Assembly: GCA_008369845.1 (NCBI GenBank)
Contig: MRSU01010065.1
Coordinates: forward strand, 1-34,461
Source of the DNA: Trichomonas gallinae
Taxonomy: Eukaryota
Direction: 5' to 3'
Length of the DNA stretch: 34,461 nucleotides
Below the pieces are notes generated by a model that saw only the letters and a program-made list of their open reading frames with translations, made no database searches and was not told the DNA's origin. The translations under genes were made by a program, and so were the position numbers. Numbering within the stretch: position 1 is the first letter of the stretch; every line of letters starts with the position of its first letter. Of the stretch, positions 1 to 9,450 are shown in pieces.

Positions 1-71
1 TTTGCCTTCAGTGGACAACTACCCGTTTATGGTAACCTTAAAAATATAGGGGCCACCTTCGGTCAACCAGT

Positions 72-449
72 TTATAATATTGTCATGTTTTTTGAATACA
101 AAACTCCATCAACAACGCGTAAATATTCATGATTAGGATCGATTGTAAACTCTTCAAGGTAATCATCCCAATCAAATGGTCCCCTATAATCAATTGAATT
201 AAAATTCAGTGGAATATGAAATGATCGAATTTTTGTGCCTTGGATTACATTATTGCTCATGTATTGGACTGAGTCTGGAAGTAATAACGTTTCAAGTGAC
301 TGATAATTAATAAAAACGTTTTCAAGAACGGAAGTTACTGGTCCATTGACTAATACTGTAACTGCATCTAATCTGCGATCTGTTTGTGTATATAAAGTTG
401 TGTTAGAAGTTGTAATCGTTAATGTTTTTGTTTCTTCATTCCAATCCAT
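72..449 (-). pseudogene. BspA-like leucine-rich repeat protein, C-terminally truncated fragment
   Basis: LRR-type segments (LETLLLPDSVQYM, IRSFHIP, LEEFTIDPNHEYLRVVDGVLYSKNMTIL). The frame stops directly after YSKNMTIL, a motif that is internal in the paralogues at 12.5-19.1 kb (YSKNMTVLCAASG...). Confidence 0.65.
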
Positions 450-762
450 TAATCTATTTAAATATTATTAACTTACCGCGTACCATTTAATTTATTGCCA
501 TATAACAGCCGATTGTCGTTTAATATTTTTAATATCGCGCATTTGATTGGAAACAATTATAAAAAATGTAATTTTACATCTACAAAATCACTAAAAATAA
601 ACTTTTGTAACTATATAGCAATTCATTTTTGGATAAACTTAATGATTTAATTTTATTAGATATTTTTATGCAGGAATTTATAAATTAAGACTAGAAAATA
701 AAATAACTATTTACACAATGATGAAATACAGTTTATATAAATGAAAAACTAAATAATTAACG

Positions 763-2292
763 CTAAAATGCATTAACAAAAGTATTGCATGATTTTGTAA
801 TGGATACGCTTCTAATTTTAGTCAATGGGAAGCTCTCTGTGTTTGCTGCATCCACTAAAGTTTTAACATATCTATTTTGATAAATTATGGCCATTTCGCC
901 AAGTTTTGTTGTGAGGTTAATGGATTTATCATTTTTAGCAGCAATTCTGGCTATTGCAACCCAATTTGTTGTTTTGTTTTTAAAACGTGAATCATCAAAG
1001 ATATCTAGTGGTGATAATTGGTTCAATACTCTTAGAGTCACTTGTGCTGCCTCTTTTACTGATGGTGACCAATGATTTAATGCTTGTTTCACATGCAAAT
1101 AAATATCAGAAACTGTTTCAAGCGAATAAGCTATGAGCAAGCTAATAATTGAATTGTCGTGGAATATTTTGCATGACATTTCGGCAATTTTGGCAAAGTC
1201 ACTGTCGCATAAATGTCCAATGTGTCTGAAAGTTTCAGAAATTATAGCTTGATCATTAGCAGATTGTTCTATTTTTAGTGCACACGAGATTATATTGAAC
1301 ATTGGAACCTGTTTAGATGGATCAGAGACTGGCCAATATGATATAACTTGATGTAAGATATCATTAGTAAATTCCTTTGATGATGACAAAAGAAACTTAA
1401 GACAAGATGTCATTGGGTTGATAAATAATGACAGATATTTGTCACGGATCAACAATACTAATATATTTCTGCAAAATTGAAAAATCATTTTCTTAATTTC
1501 AAAGGAAACACCAATAAATTTGGATAGAATTAGCAAGCATGTATATACTGAACATGGATCTGGCGACTCAAGATGCTTTTTCATGATTTTTGAGAGTGTT
1601 TCAATAAAAGATACTAAATATTGTTGATTATTAAGATAGAATGTTGTCAAAAGAGTGGCTACATGATCTCTCTCGTTGTGATCCTTAGAAGAAATCAGTG
1701 GAACTAAAGAATCAAAGAAATTCTTGTTAAAATAAGGTAATTTTGGGAAATTTTTGTAAAATGCCTGAAGAATTGTATATATGTACTCCAGATGTTCCCA
1801 GTCAACTATAGAGAAACACGAAGAATCAACATTCAAAAATTGGGAAAGAACAAACTTGGGAACAGGCCTTATTAAGTTCAAATATATAACTTCAAACAGT
1901 TTATCTTGCATTTCCTGATCGAGAAATGTTCCAAATCCAATAGTAATAACGGTATCGGCAATTTGCCGTAATGCAATTCTCTTTGCCATCCTTTGCTCTG
2001 AATCTTTCGCTGTGAGGACCTGTTCGCCAACATTTAGCTTGTACATAAATATTGTTTTAAATTCTGGAGAATTAGGTTTTGGAATTTTGAGTTTCTGTTC
2101 ATGTTCAACTATATCTTCTGTTATCTGATGGATTAAGGTTGGATAGGACTGATAAACATGAGGTTTATTTGGAGGCAAAATTGTTTGTGCTTCAGAAGTC
2201 ATTGGAGTAGCAACAGGCGTCGCCGATCTCGCCACACGCATCAGTTTATTTCGTCTTCGTGGCTTGAAAAGATTAACATGATGTGCGAACAT
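763..2292 (-). CDS. Protein phosphatase 2A regulatory B' (B56) subunit family protein, divergent
   Basis: 509 aa with recognisable B56 blocks: NLIRPVP, WEHLEYIYTIL (cf. WPHLQLVYEFF), SKDHNERDHV (cf. SEDPRERDFL), YWPVSDPSKQVPMF (cf. YWPKTNSQKEVMF), HWSPSVKEAA. Confidence 0.85.
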   Translation of the reverse strand: MFAHHVNLFKPRRRNKLMRVARSATPVATPMTSEAQTILPPNKPHVYQSYPTLIHQITEDIVEHEQKLKIPKPNSPEFKTIFMYKLNVGEQVLTAKDSEQRMAKRIALRQIADTVITIGFGTFLDQEMQDKLFEVIYLNLIRPVPKFVLSQFLNVDSSCFSIVDWEHLEYIYTILQAFYKNFPKLPYFNKNFFDSLVPLISSKDHNERDHVATLLTTFYLNNQQYLVSFIETLSKIMKKHLESPDPCSVYTCLLILSKFIGVSFEIKKMIFQFCRNILVLLIRDKYLSLFINPMTSCLKFLLSSSKEFTNDILHQVISYWPVSDPSKQVPMFNIISCALKIEQSANDQAIISETFRHIGHLCDSDFAKIAEMSCKIFHDNSIISLLIAYSLETVSDIYLHVKQALNHWSPSVKEAAQVTLRVLNQLSPLDIFDDSRFKNKTTNWVAIARIAAKNDKSINLTTKLGEMAIIYQNRYVKTLVDAANTESFPLTKIRSVSITKSCNTFVNAF

Positions 2293-2751
2293 AATTAATT
2301 ATATTTTTGAGAGAAATAATGTTCTCAATATATAATTAGGATAAAATATAATTGCAGTAACATGAGAAACAATATCAAAAGAGGCAGTTATCACTATAAA
2401 GGTTTGTGGAGAAAGTATTGAATATGATAAACCACAGTTAACAAAAAATTATGGGAAAACACAAAATATTGAATGGATTACAAGTTATTTTTTTATTGCC
2501 TTTGGCTATTTACTGTATTTACAGCAAAATCTAATCAATGAAAAATACTGATCTGCGCATTTTATCCATATTCAAATTATTTCTACGTTGGTTTATCAAG
2601 CATTTCTTTCTTTGCAAAGAACTTTAATGAAAAGATATCGAAGGCGGTTTAAAAAAAATTGTTTTATGAAATATGGTTAGGTGTGGATTGTTGATTAAGC
2701 GCGATAATATAGGATTGAAGAGGTTTCTCAAAAAAATTGAAAACGGAAATA

Positions 2752-2935
2752 AAAGTGACTAAATTTCAAAAGATGTTTTACAGCTTTTTCTATCAAATCA
2801 TTTTATTGCAAAATTGGATCATTTGAATTTACTGATTGTCTACAATAGAATAGTATTATAAAGACATTTCAAAAATTTGATAGCATAAATAAAAGTGACA
2901 AAATTGAAAGCAAATGTAAAAAACCGAAAAGTGAC
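2752..2935 (+). promoter_or_regulatory. Three AAAGTGAC elements upstream of the 2968 gene
   Basis: Exact AAAGTGAC at 2752-2759, 2892-2899 and 2928-2935; another at 27739-27746. From memory this is one of the over-represented upstream motifs described for T. vaginalis. Confidence 0.5.
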
Positions 2936-2967
2936 CAACATCAAACTTAAGTAGTTTTTTATTTTGG

Positions 2968-3999
2968 ATGAAGAAACAAGGCAAATTCACGGCTGAATCA
3001 AGGTTCACACTTCCCCTGACTTCCACAAAAGATGGTTCTTCGATTGTTTTGAGGGGAAAGAGATCCGAATTCTGGAGAACCGTTTATTTGAACAATTCTG
3101 GGTATTCAAAAGGTGATTTTATATGGGACAACCACTCTGAATCAAACGATCTTGATAAAATATCTCAAGATGTATTAGTCCTTCCTTCTGTTTATTCGAA
3201 ATCCAGCATTCTTTCTGAAATCTTGGAAAAAATTTCGAATTCGCAGTTTGATTTTTTCTCATTTCGGGCTTCAACGATGATGGGTCGTCTTATACAGCAT
3301 TTTATTCAACGTTTTGCATCATTCAACGACGAAGAAAAAAAGCTTGCCCTCAAAATTTTGCTATTGTTGGTTCGTGATGAAAACAATGTTGTACAGTTCC
3401 CCATCGGTATTGTCCCAGTTATCATCAATAACATTACTGTTTCTCCGGTTGATGTAAACGAAATTATTCAAAAATTGTTGCCAATCATGCCAAAAGTAAA
3501 ACCATTTGAATGCACCTGCCCAGAAACAGTTATAAGTCTTGTTGAAGATGACAAAGTCCTGCAAGATATACTTTGTGTCACTAATAATATCCTTGATTCG
3601 ATCCCAGTCAAACGAATTATCAACATTTCGGAGTTTAGCCCATCAATATTAGTTGAGGCAACGAAAAGAATCAAAAATATATGCTTTAATGAGTTAATCC
3701 AATCAAGAATCTTTAATATTTTGGAAGAAGGTCCAGTTGATATTGGATGTGCTGCTCTTTGTAATGTAATTAATGAATATCCAATGATTTCGGATGAAAT
3801 CAAACTTCATCCAAAGATAATCGAAAACATTCTGAACGAAACGGAAGAAAGTTGTAGCACGATGGCATCAATTGCATTATCTTTCATAAATAATGATAAA
3901 TATACTTTGCAATGTCTTCAACAATGTTACGCCAAAGAAGTTAATGTTGAAATTCGAAACATCATTAGAAGACGAATCAATCATCTTTATGAGTCATGA
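2968..3999 (+). CDS. Hypothetical protein, probably alpha-helical/ARM-like
   Basis: 343-aa ATG-initiated ORF, Leu/Ile-rich amphipathic helical pattern; no family motif recognised. Confidence 0.7.
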   Translation: MKKQGKFTAESRFTLPLTSTKDGSSIVLRGKRSEFWRTVYLNNSGYSKGDFIWDNHSESNDLDKISQDVLVLPSVYSKSSILSEILEKISNSQFDFFSFRASTMMGRLIQHFIQRFASFNDEEKKLALKILLLLVRDENNVVQFPIGIVPVIINNITVSPVDVNEIIQKLLPIMPKVKPFECTCPETVISLVEDDKVLQDILCVTNNILDSIPVKRIINISEFSPSILVEATKRIKNICFNELIQSRIFNILEEGPVDIGCAALCNVINEYPMISDEIKLHPKIIENILNETEESCSTMASIALSFINNDKYTLQCLQQCYAKEVNVEIRNIIRRRINHLYES

Positions 4000-4537
4000 G
4001 CTAAAATTACTATATTTATTATCATTTGTAACCATTTTTATAAAAAAAAATTAAAATATTCTGCTTTTTATTATTATAAATTACATTTTTGATGAAAATC
4101 TGTCTAATTAAAATAATATGAAGACATGGTATATAATGAAGCATTCTAAATTTTGATTTAAAAAAAATCTCTCAATCAATTTGAGAATTCCATGTTAATG
4201 AAGTTCATAATTGTGAAATGTGAACCGAAAGTAACGATTTCCTTAAATACCGCTCTTCAAAATATCATAAAATTTCCAAATTGAACTAATTTTTTAATCA
4301 TTTTTCGCAATGAGACCGGAAGATTGACAATTTGTCAATTTAATGATCAGTAAATCTTCAAAAATACTAATATTTCGAATATGTTGCTGAGGATTTCTAC
4401 GGTAAATTTTTTCTTTCGCTTTTGTTACATTAGAAACACTTGCAATATAGGAGATTATTCAACATCCCATTTCATGATGTGTTCTAATGACAAAGATTGT
4501 AATTTAACTCGGAATCCTAGTTGCGCTAGATAAAAAG

Positions 4538-4587
4538 AGCGGTTTTGGAAAAAAATTTAGTCTTAACGGTTTTGTAAAAATTTCACT
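4538..4587 (+). promoter_or_regulatory. Trichomonad-type core promoter: two M3 (Myb-like DRCSGYTD) elements plus initiator
   Basis: AGCGGTTT 4538-4545, AACGGTTT 4565-4572, TCACT 4583-4587, upstream of the ATG at 4614. Confidence 0.55.
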
Positions 4588-4613
4588 TTACATCGTTAAT
4601 GTAAACATAAGTC

Positions 4614-5687
4614 ATGAAATGTAGCGGTTTTATATGGCTTGCACTTTGGTTTACATGCAACGTGATTCTCACACTATGCACGAAAAGCCTAATGGTGTTC
4701 TACAACTTCAAATTTCCAGCGATAATGAGTTTTGTTCACCAAACATTTACGACGACTTTTTCATTTCTTGAAAATATATACTGCGGATATGATAAAGAAA
4801 AAGATGAATCTTCGCAAGGTTTCAAATCATTTGTTTACGTAGTTCTCCTTTCATTTTTATTTTCATTTAATATTGTTACAGGAAACCTATCATTATTTTA
4901 TTGTTCTGTTGCTTTTGTTCAAGTTATGAAAGCAATCGTCCCGATTATTACTATGATTTTATCGTTTTTCATAATGCATGAAAGATATTCTCTCGAAACA
5001 ATCGTCTGCTGCTTCGTTATTTGCGCAGGTGTAGCTGCAATGTGCTTTGGTGAAATTAACCTAACGGTTGTTGGTTTCTGCATCACTTTGATTAATTGCT
5101 TTTTGAGCTCGTTTAAGAAAATATTCATGAAATTGGTTCTTAATAACATGAACCCTACCAAATTGCTGATTGAAATCGCTCCATTTTCTTCCCTTGAGAT
5201 ATTTACAATAGGACTCTGCAGGAAAGAACATATAAAAATGATAAACTCAAAAAATTATAAAGCAGAAACCTTCTGTATTATTGGCGTGATATTTAGTGGT
5301 ATCATTGCCTATTTCTTGAATATCACTAATTTTTGGGCAACTCATTACACCTCTCCTTTGACAATGACGATTGCCGGATGTTTGAAACAGATGATGACAA
5401 TTTTAATTTCCTTTGTTCTGTTCAACTCAAAATTGACATATTTGAACGGAATCGGAATTTTTGTCACAACAGTTGGATCTTTTTGGTATTCAATGATAGA
5501 GATGAAGAAGAAGCCAAAAACTTCTAATACTGAAGATAAAAGTCTTGGTGATAATAACAAAACATTCAAAGAGGTTGATGATGTTATTCCTTTAGATAAA
5601 ACGAAAGATGTTGAAACTGATCAATCGATGTACTCAAGTAAGGATGTACTCGAAACACGTCCAGACACAAAGTTTGAGCAAGTATAG
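4614..5687 (+). CDS. Triose-phosphate/nucleotide-sugar transporter family protein (TPT/SLC35E-like, DMT superfamily)
   Basis: 357 aa, about 10 hydrophobic segments; motifs FKFP, GNLSLFYCSVAFVQVMKAIVP and TSPLTMTIAGCLK; hydrophilic C-terminal tail. Confidence 0.88.
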   Translation: MKCSGFIWLALWFTCNVILTLCTKSLMVFYNFKFPAIMSFVHQTFTTTFSFLENIYCGYDKEKDESSQGFKSFVYVVLLSFLFSFNIVTGNLSLFYCSVAFVQVMKAIVPIITMILSFFIMHERYSLETIVCCFVICAGVAAMCFGEINLTVVGFCITLINCFLSSFKKIFMKLVLNNMNPTKLLIEIAPFSSLEIFTIGLCRKEHIKMINSKNYKAETFCIIGVIFSGIIAYFLNITNFWATHYTSPLTMTIAGCLKQMMTILISFVLFNSKLTYLNGIGIFVTTVGSFWYSMIEMKKKPKTSNTEDKSLGDNNKTFKEVDDVIPLDKTKDVETDQSMYSSKDVLETRPDTKFEQV

Positions 5688-6254
5688 ATTGTTATTTTGA
5701 TAATAAATATATTATACAGCTTTTTAGAGTAATATGATGTAATTCAAAATGATTTTTAAGTCTAGAAATTAGGAATCCTTGAAAAAGTGGCAAAAATTGA
5801 TGATATTCATACAATTTTTCTATGAGTCTTCACAAAAAGAAAAATTACCACATCTTACTCATTACTGTTTATATTGTTATCAGAACCAAATAATATTCAT
5901 TAACATTTGACTCTTATTTTTGATGTTCATTATTTATCATTTCATCTGAATAATTGTTGAAATTCTGAATTTTTCTCAGAGTATCAAAAGTCATTGTTTG
6001 AATGCATGAGGGATAATAACTTTTCTTTACTGATATTGAAATGCAATTGATATCGTATATTTTTCTATTATAATCGAAAAATTTGAAGATTTTGCAATTT
6101 ATGATATAATGAAATAGATATTAAGGATATGGAATCATTTTGATATTTATAAACTATTTTTTATTGCGAAGATGCAAATAACTGCGGCGATCAAAGTATG
6201 AATTCATATGTTTTATAAAATTTTATCGATTTGAGTGGAAAATAATCGTTCAAA

Positions 6255-6264
6255 TCACTTCATT
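6255..6264 (+). promoter_or_regulatory. Tandem initiator (Inr) elements
   Basis: TCACT-TCATT ending 7 nt before the aldo-keto reductase ATG; matches the trichomonad TCA(Y)(W) initiator. Confidence 0.6.
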
Positions 6265-6271
6265 TTTATCA

Positions 6272-7201
6272 ATGCAGATCCCACAGATTGGATTTGGATC
6301 ATTCAAAAACAAGGATCGTGATGTACTTAGGACTGCCCTTCTCTGTGCGATCGAAGAATGTGGTGTCAGGCATATAGATACAGCTTATGCATATGAGAAC
6401 CAAGATATCATTGGCGATGTCCTTCAAGAAATCTTTGCAAAAGGCAAGATAAAGCGCGAGGATATGTTTATTACTTCCAAACTCTGGTGCACTCACCATC
6501 GTCCAGATCTTGTTGAAAAAGAGATCCGCTGGACATTAGCCGATCTCAAGCTCGATTACTTGGACCTCTGGTTGATGCATTTCCCAGTCGCATTCAAATC
6601 TACAGAAGAAAAAGATTTCTGGCCAAAAGGTGAGAACGGAAAAGTCATTTATGAAGCTATTGACATCCTTGATACATATAAGGCAATGGAGAAAGTCCAA
6701 AAAGAAGGCTTAACGCGTTATATTGGTGTATCTAATTTTTCAATCGAACAACTTGAGCGTATCAAGTTCAATTGCGAGACAATGCCATATGCCATTCAAG
6801 TCGAATGCCACGTTTACAAGCAGCAGAGACCATTGCTCAAATACTGTGAGCAAAATAACATTTATTTGATGGCTCACACAACAATTGCTTCTCCACCACT
6901 CAAAGGATACAGAGGTGTTCCCCTCATTGAAGATCCAGATGTTGTAGACATCGCTGCTCAGCATAATAAGTCTCCTGCTCAAGTTGCAATCAGATTCCTT
7001 GTTCAGTTGAGTCCAAAGATGATTGTTATTCCAGGTTCAAAGAATCCTAAGAATATCAAGCTCAACGCGGATTTAAACTTCGAATTGACGAATGAAGAAA
7101 TGGAAAGGCTTAAATCGCTCGATAGATACTTCAACATGAAGTACTACCCAGATATGTTTAATGTTGACCCACTTATGATCGGATTTAACACATGGCTTTA
7201 A
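6272..7201 (+). CDS. Aldo-keto reductase (AKR1-like)
   Basis: Catalytic tetrad motifs RHIDTAYAY (Asp, Tyr), FITSKLW (Lys) and DLWLMHFP (His), plus IGVSNF. Stop overlaps TAAA. Confidence 0.95.
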   Translation: MQIPQIGFGSFKNKDRDVLRTALLCAIEECGVRHIDTAYAYENQDIIGDVLQEIFAKGKIKREDMFITSKLWCTHHRPDLVEKEIRWTLADLKLDYLDLWLMHFPVAFKSTEEKDFWPKGENGKVIYEAIDILDTYKAMEKVQKEGLTRYIGVSNFSIEQLERIKFNCETMPYAIQVECHVYKQQRPLLKYCEQNNIYLMAHTTIASPPLKGYRGVPLIEDPDVVDIAAQHNKSPAQVAIRFLVQLSPKMIVIPGSKNPKNIKLNADLNFELTNEEMERLKSLDRYFNMKYYPDMFNVDPLMIGFNTWL

Positions 7202-7344
7202 ATTAGTATTTTAAAAATTGAATAAAAATCCATTATTTTGTGCTATATTGAAGATTTAGCTCTATTTGATATGTTTTGTAAGATTTAATTTAAAAATAAA
7301 TATTTTGACATGTAAAAATCTAGAGTGTCAAAATTTATTATTTT

Positions 7345-7953
7345 ATGTCGAAATCTCCAGTTTCTCGTACAAAAACAACTCCTTTCACTATGCAAGTCTC
7401 ACCATTGAATCCTCGTCAGAATGAGGTCCATGATATGCAAACAATCCACCAACAGAATTTAAACTACATCGAGTTTATGGCAAGTTTAGATGATGCATCA
7501 TCAGGAACGTTTAATTACAAAAATTATGCCTCTCCGTCAAAGAGAAACCAGAAAATGTTAGACCCTGACATTGCAATGCTCGAATCTCAGCTTCAAAAAG
7601 AATTACAAAATCTAGAAGAAATTAAAAAATCGATGAAACAACAACTGGACGACTCACAGCAGGCTCTTGATGATTTTAGAAAAGAAAGAGAAAGACAACG
7701 CGAACAAATGAAAACAAATATCAATAAAGTCTGGAAATATTACGAAGATGAGATAGCAATCCTTCAAATGAAAATCAAAGCCGTCGAACATGATACAGTA
7801 AATACCCAAGAACTCTTCCAGTATTTTAACGATCCAAATTCAGAACCGTTAAACTTCAAGAGAATGTTTGATCTTCGTAGAAAGATTGCTCAGCTCGATA
7901 TAGATTCTACCAATGTCAAAGAACAAGCGTCTGAGCATAATATTTCCAAATGA
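7345..7953 (+). CDS. Hypothetical coiled-coil protein
   Basis: 202-aa ATG-initiated ORF, Q/E/K-rich heptad pattern (LESQLQKELQNLEEIKKSMKQQL...). Confidence 0.75.
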   Translation: MSKSPVSRTKTTPFTMQVSPLNPRQNEVHDMQTIHQQNLNYIEFMASLDDASSGTFNYKNYASPSKRNQKMLDPDIAMLESQLQKELQNLEEIKKSMKQQLDDSQQALDDFRKERERQREQMKTNINKVWKYYEDEIAILQMKIKAVEHDTVNTQELFQYFNDPNSEPLNFKRMFDLRRKIAQLDIDSTNVKEQASEHNISK

Positions 7954-8219
7954 TTGTTTTTTTTTCAATTTTCTACTCTTGATTTTTATTGATCTGGAAT
8001 TGATCCTATTATATGCATGCTTATTGGTATCACGTTCATTAAGTCATTTAGACATGTAACGACAATGACCACTTTCGATTCTCAAAAATTGCTGAAAAGA
8101 CTTGTTTTATGGGTCTAACAGGATCTCAACATGCTATATTTACTGTTTTTTGATATGCGAATTGTCTAAAAAAGTGAAAAATAAAAAGGTGCCAACTTTT
8201 TAGTATTTTTCGAAGTGAA

Positions 8220-8642
8220 ATGAGTGACGTTTTGCAATTATTATTCACATATGTTCAGACTGGCGAAGACTTGTCAGCAGCTGAAGCACAGATACAAAGC
8301 CAATTCCATAAACTCATATATAACAATGAATTTTATCAATTACCGCTTGAAGCCATTGGAAAGGTAATATCAATCTACAAGAAAGATTTAGACTTATTAG
8401 ATGCCAAGAAGATCCTTTCAGAGGCTTCAAAGAAGTATGGCGCAGCTTCTTGCTATTTAATTCAGTTCTTAAACATCAAAAACATAAGCTATCCATCTGC
8501 AATTGAACTACTAAGCAGCATAACAGGCTCATCAATATTCGAATCCCTCAAAGCCCCTGCTGCTCAAGATTTACCGAAAGTATACGTTGATATTCCTTCT
8601 TCGGCTAACATTCAACTTGTTTTTAGAAGCTCACTCTACTAA
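8220..8642 (+). CDS. Hypothetical protein resembling the N-terminal domain of trichomonad ankyrin-repeat proteins
   Basis: 140 aa; NNEFYQLPLEAIGKVIS...ISYPSAIELLSSITGSSIF recalls (from memory) the FFxLPLxxIxxIIS N-terminal block of that family. Stop overlaps TAAA. Confidence 0.65.
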   Translation: MSDVLQLLFTYVQTGEDLSAAEAQIQSQFHKLIYNNEFYQLPLEAIGKVISIYKKDLDLLDAKKILSEASKKYGAASCYLIQFLNIKNISYPSAIELLSSITGSSIFESLKAPAAQDLPKVYVDIPSSANIQLVFRSSLY

Positions 8643-9450
8643 ATAAAATAAATATTCCTGCTGTTTACATATTCAAGACAATATTTTTCTTGAACACAAA
8701 TTATTAATAAAATTATTGACTCTTTTCTAATTTTATATAATCTGTGCACTGTATATACAATAATATACACAATAAAACAAGATCGGTTGTTGATCAAAAA
8801 TTTTGAAAACTTTACCGAAATTTTGACAAAAATTTTATCTTACATTTTACATGGCAAAAGAAATACAACTGTTATTATAGATTTATAGATTGTATACTTA
8901 TATATGTACATATATGTCTACGGTGCCAAGGTCCATTTTTCAGCACTTAGCGTGAAAAAAATTTGAATAATTATAAGCCAGACCCTTAAATTATCCAATT
9001 TTGCAATTTGTAATTTAAAATTTAAGCCATAAAGTAATTATTTCATTTATCAAATTATAAACAATGCACGGAAAATTATAATAAAAATATAAAATTAAAA
9101 TATAAGACCAAAATTGCTTGTCTTACTCCATTTTGTTGCATATATAGCTGATTAGTTACATTGTTTGATCTAAATTCGAAAAAGAAATTTTCAAACTAAT
9201 TGTTTTTTAATAATATCAATTTACTTCCTTAAAATATCAATATTTCCATATTCTAGATTGAATGTAATGAGCTAAAATGTCATTTTTAATGATAAAAATT
9301 TTTCAAAATAATATGATTGTAAACCATAAAAACAAAACATTTATTAACATTAGTTTGAATAAGCCTATATCCTATTGAACTTATATTCATTTTCTTTCAT
9401 AACATAATTTTCATAATCGATATCAGCAGCAATACTTGATCTGTGTATTG

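Noticed and set aside
5915..6060. Possible decayed LRR fragment on the minus strand (SVKK..IIPSCIQT with frameshifts); similar coding-like stretch at about 17090-17300
   Set aside because: Requires several assumed frameshifts and cannot be supported without a BLASTX search.
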